Below the pieces are notes generated by a model that did not search any database, had not been told where the DNA came from, and worked only from the letters and a program-made list of their open reading frames with translations. The translations under genes were made by a program, and so were the position numbers. Of a DNA stretch of 26,929 nucleotides, positions 26,858 through 26,929 are shown one piece after another. Source of the DNA: Candidatus Hodarchaeota archaeon (GTDB taxonomy: Archaea; Asgardarchaeota; Heimdallarchaeia; Hodarchaeales; Hodarchaeaceae); contig JAEOTQ010000204.1 of assembly GCA_016839785.1 (NCBI GenBank), positions 1-26,929 on the forward strand, written 5' to 3'. Position 1 is the first letter of the stretch. Every line of letters starts with the position of its first letter.

Positions 26858-26929
26858 ATGAGCCTCGAAAAGAAAACGAAAGACTTACAGAAATATGAAA
26901 AGAAGAAAAAGTGGGATGACGCCGCTAAA
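26858..26929 (+). CDS. 5' end of a gene running off the window (helical, possibly TPR-like)
   Basis: ATG 26858 is open to the window end (MSLEKKTKDLQKYEKKKKWDDAAK) and divergent from glgA. Only 24 codons are visible. Confidence 0.5.
   Translation, partial: MSLEKKTKDLQKYEKKKKWDDAAK

Noticed and set aside
1-26929. CRISPR array, tRNA/rRNA, IS element, prophage or defence island
   Set aside because: I saw no regularly spaced repeats, cloverleaf, transposase/integrase or nuclease motifs by eye. A tRNAscan/Infernal run would be needed to exclude RNA genes fully.

Overview
An AT-rich archaeal chromosomal window with about 22 coding regions, two of them truncated at the edges. I see no rRNA, tRNA, CRISPR array or transposase. 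Several features point, by inference, to an Asgard archaeon, probably Heimdallarchaeia/Hodarchaeales-like: a longin+roadblock-like protein, TrmB and ArsR/DUF1724-type regulators, a DRG-like GTPase, a eukaryote-type HisRS, TATA-like promoters with leaderless or GGTG/GAGG-led starts, and oligo-T terminators. Gene order: PPC-like repeat surface protein, Eis-like acetyltransferase, longin/roadblock protein, tldD-pmbA, TrmB regulator, MscL, YcaQ/AlkZ-like glycosylase, GT8-like protein, GH4 glycosidase, alpha/beta hydrolase, membrane-anchored Ig-like/wHTH regulator, 7-bladed SBBP surface protein, DRG-like GTPase, Gfo/Idh/MocA oxidoreductase, a regulator/small protein/membrane protein unit, GPH sugar transporter, hisS and glgA. 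The best leads are (1) a single-pass receptor-like transcription factor beside a beta-propeller surface protein whose promoter carries a perfect inverted repeat, (2) an apparently circularly permuted MscL, (3) two coupled upstream mini-ORFs in front of the longin/roadblock gene, and (4) structured intergenic elements. All family calls come from recognising motifs by eye; no searches were run.
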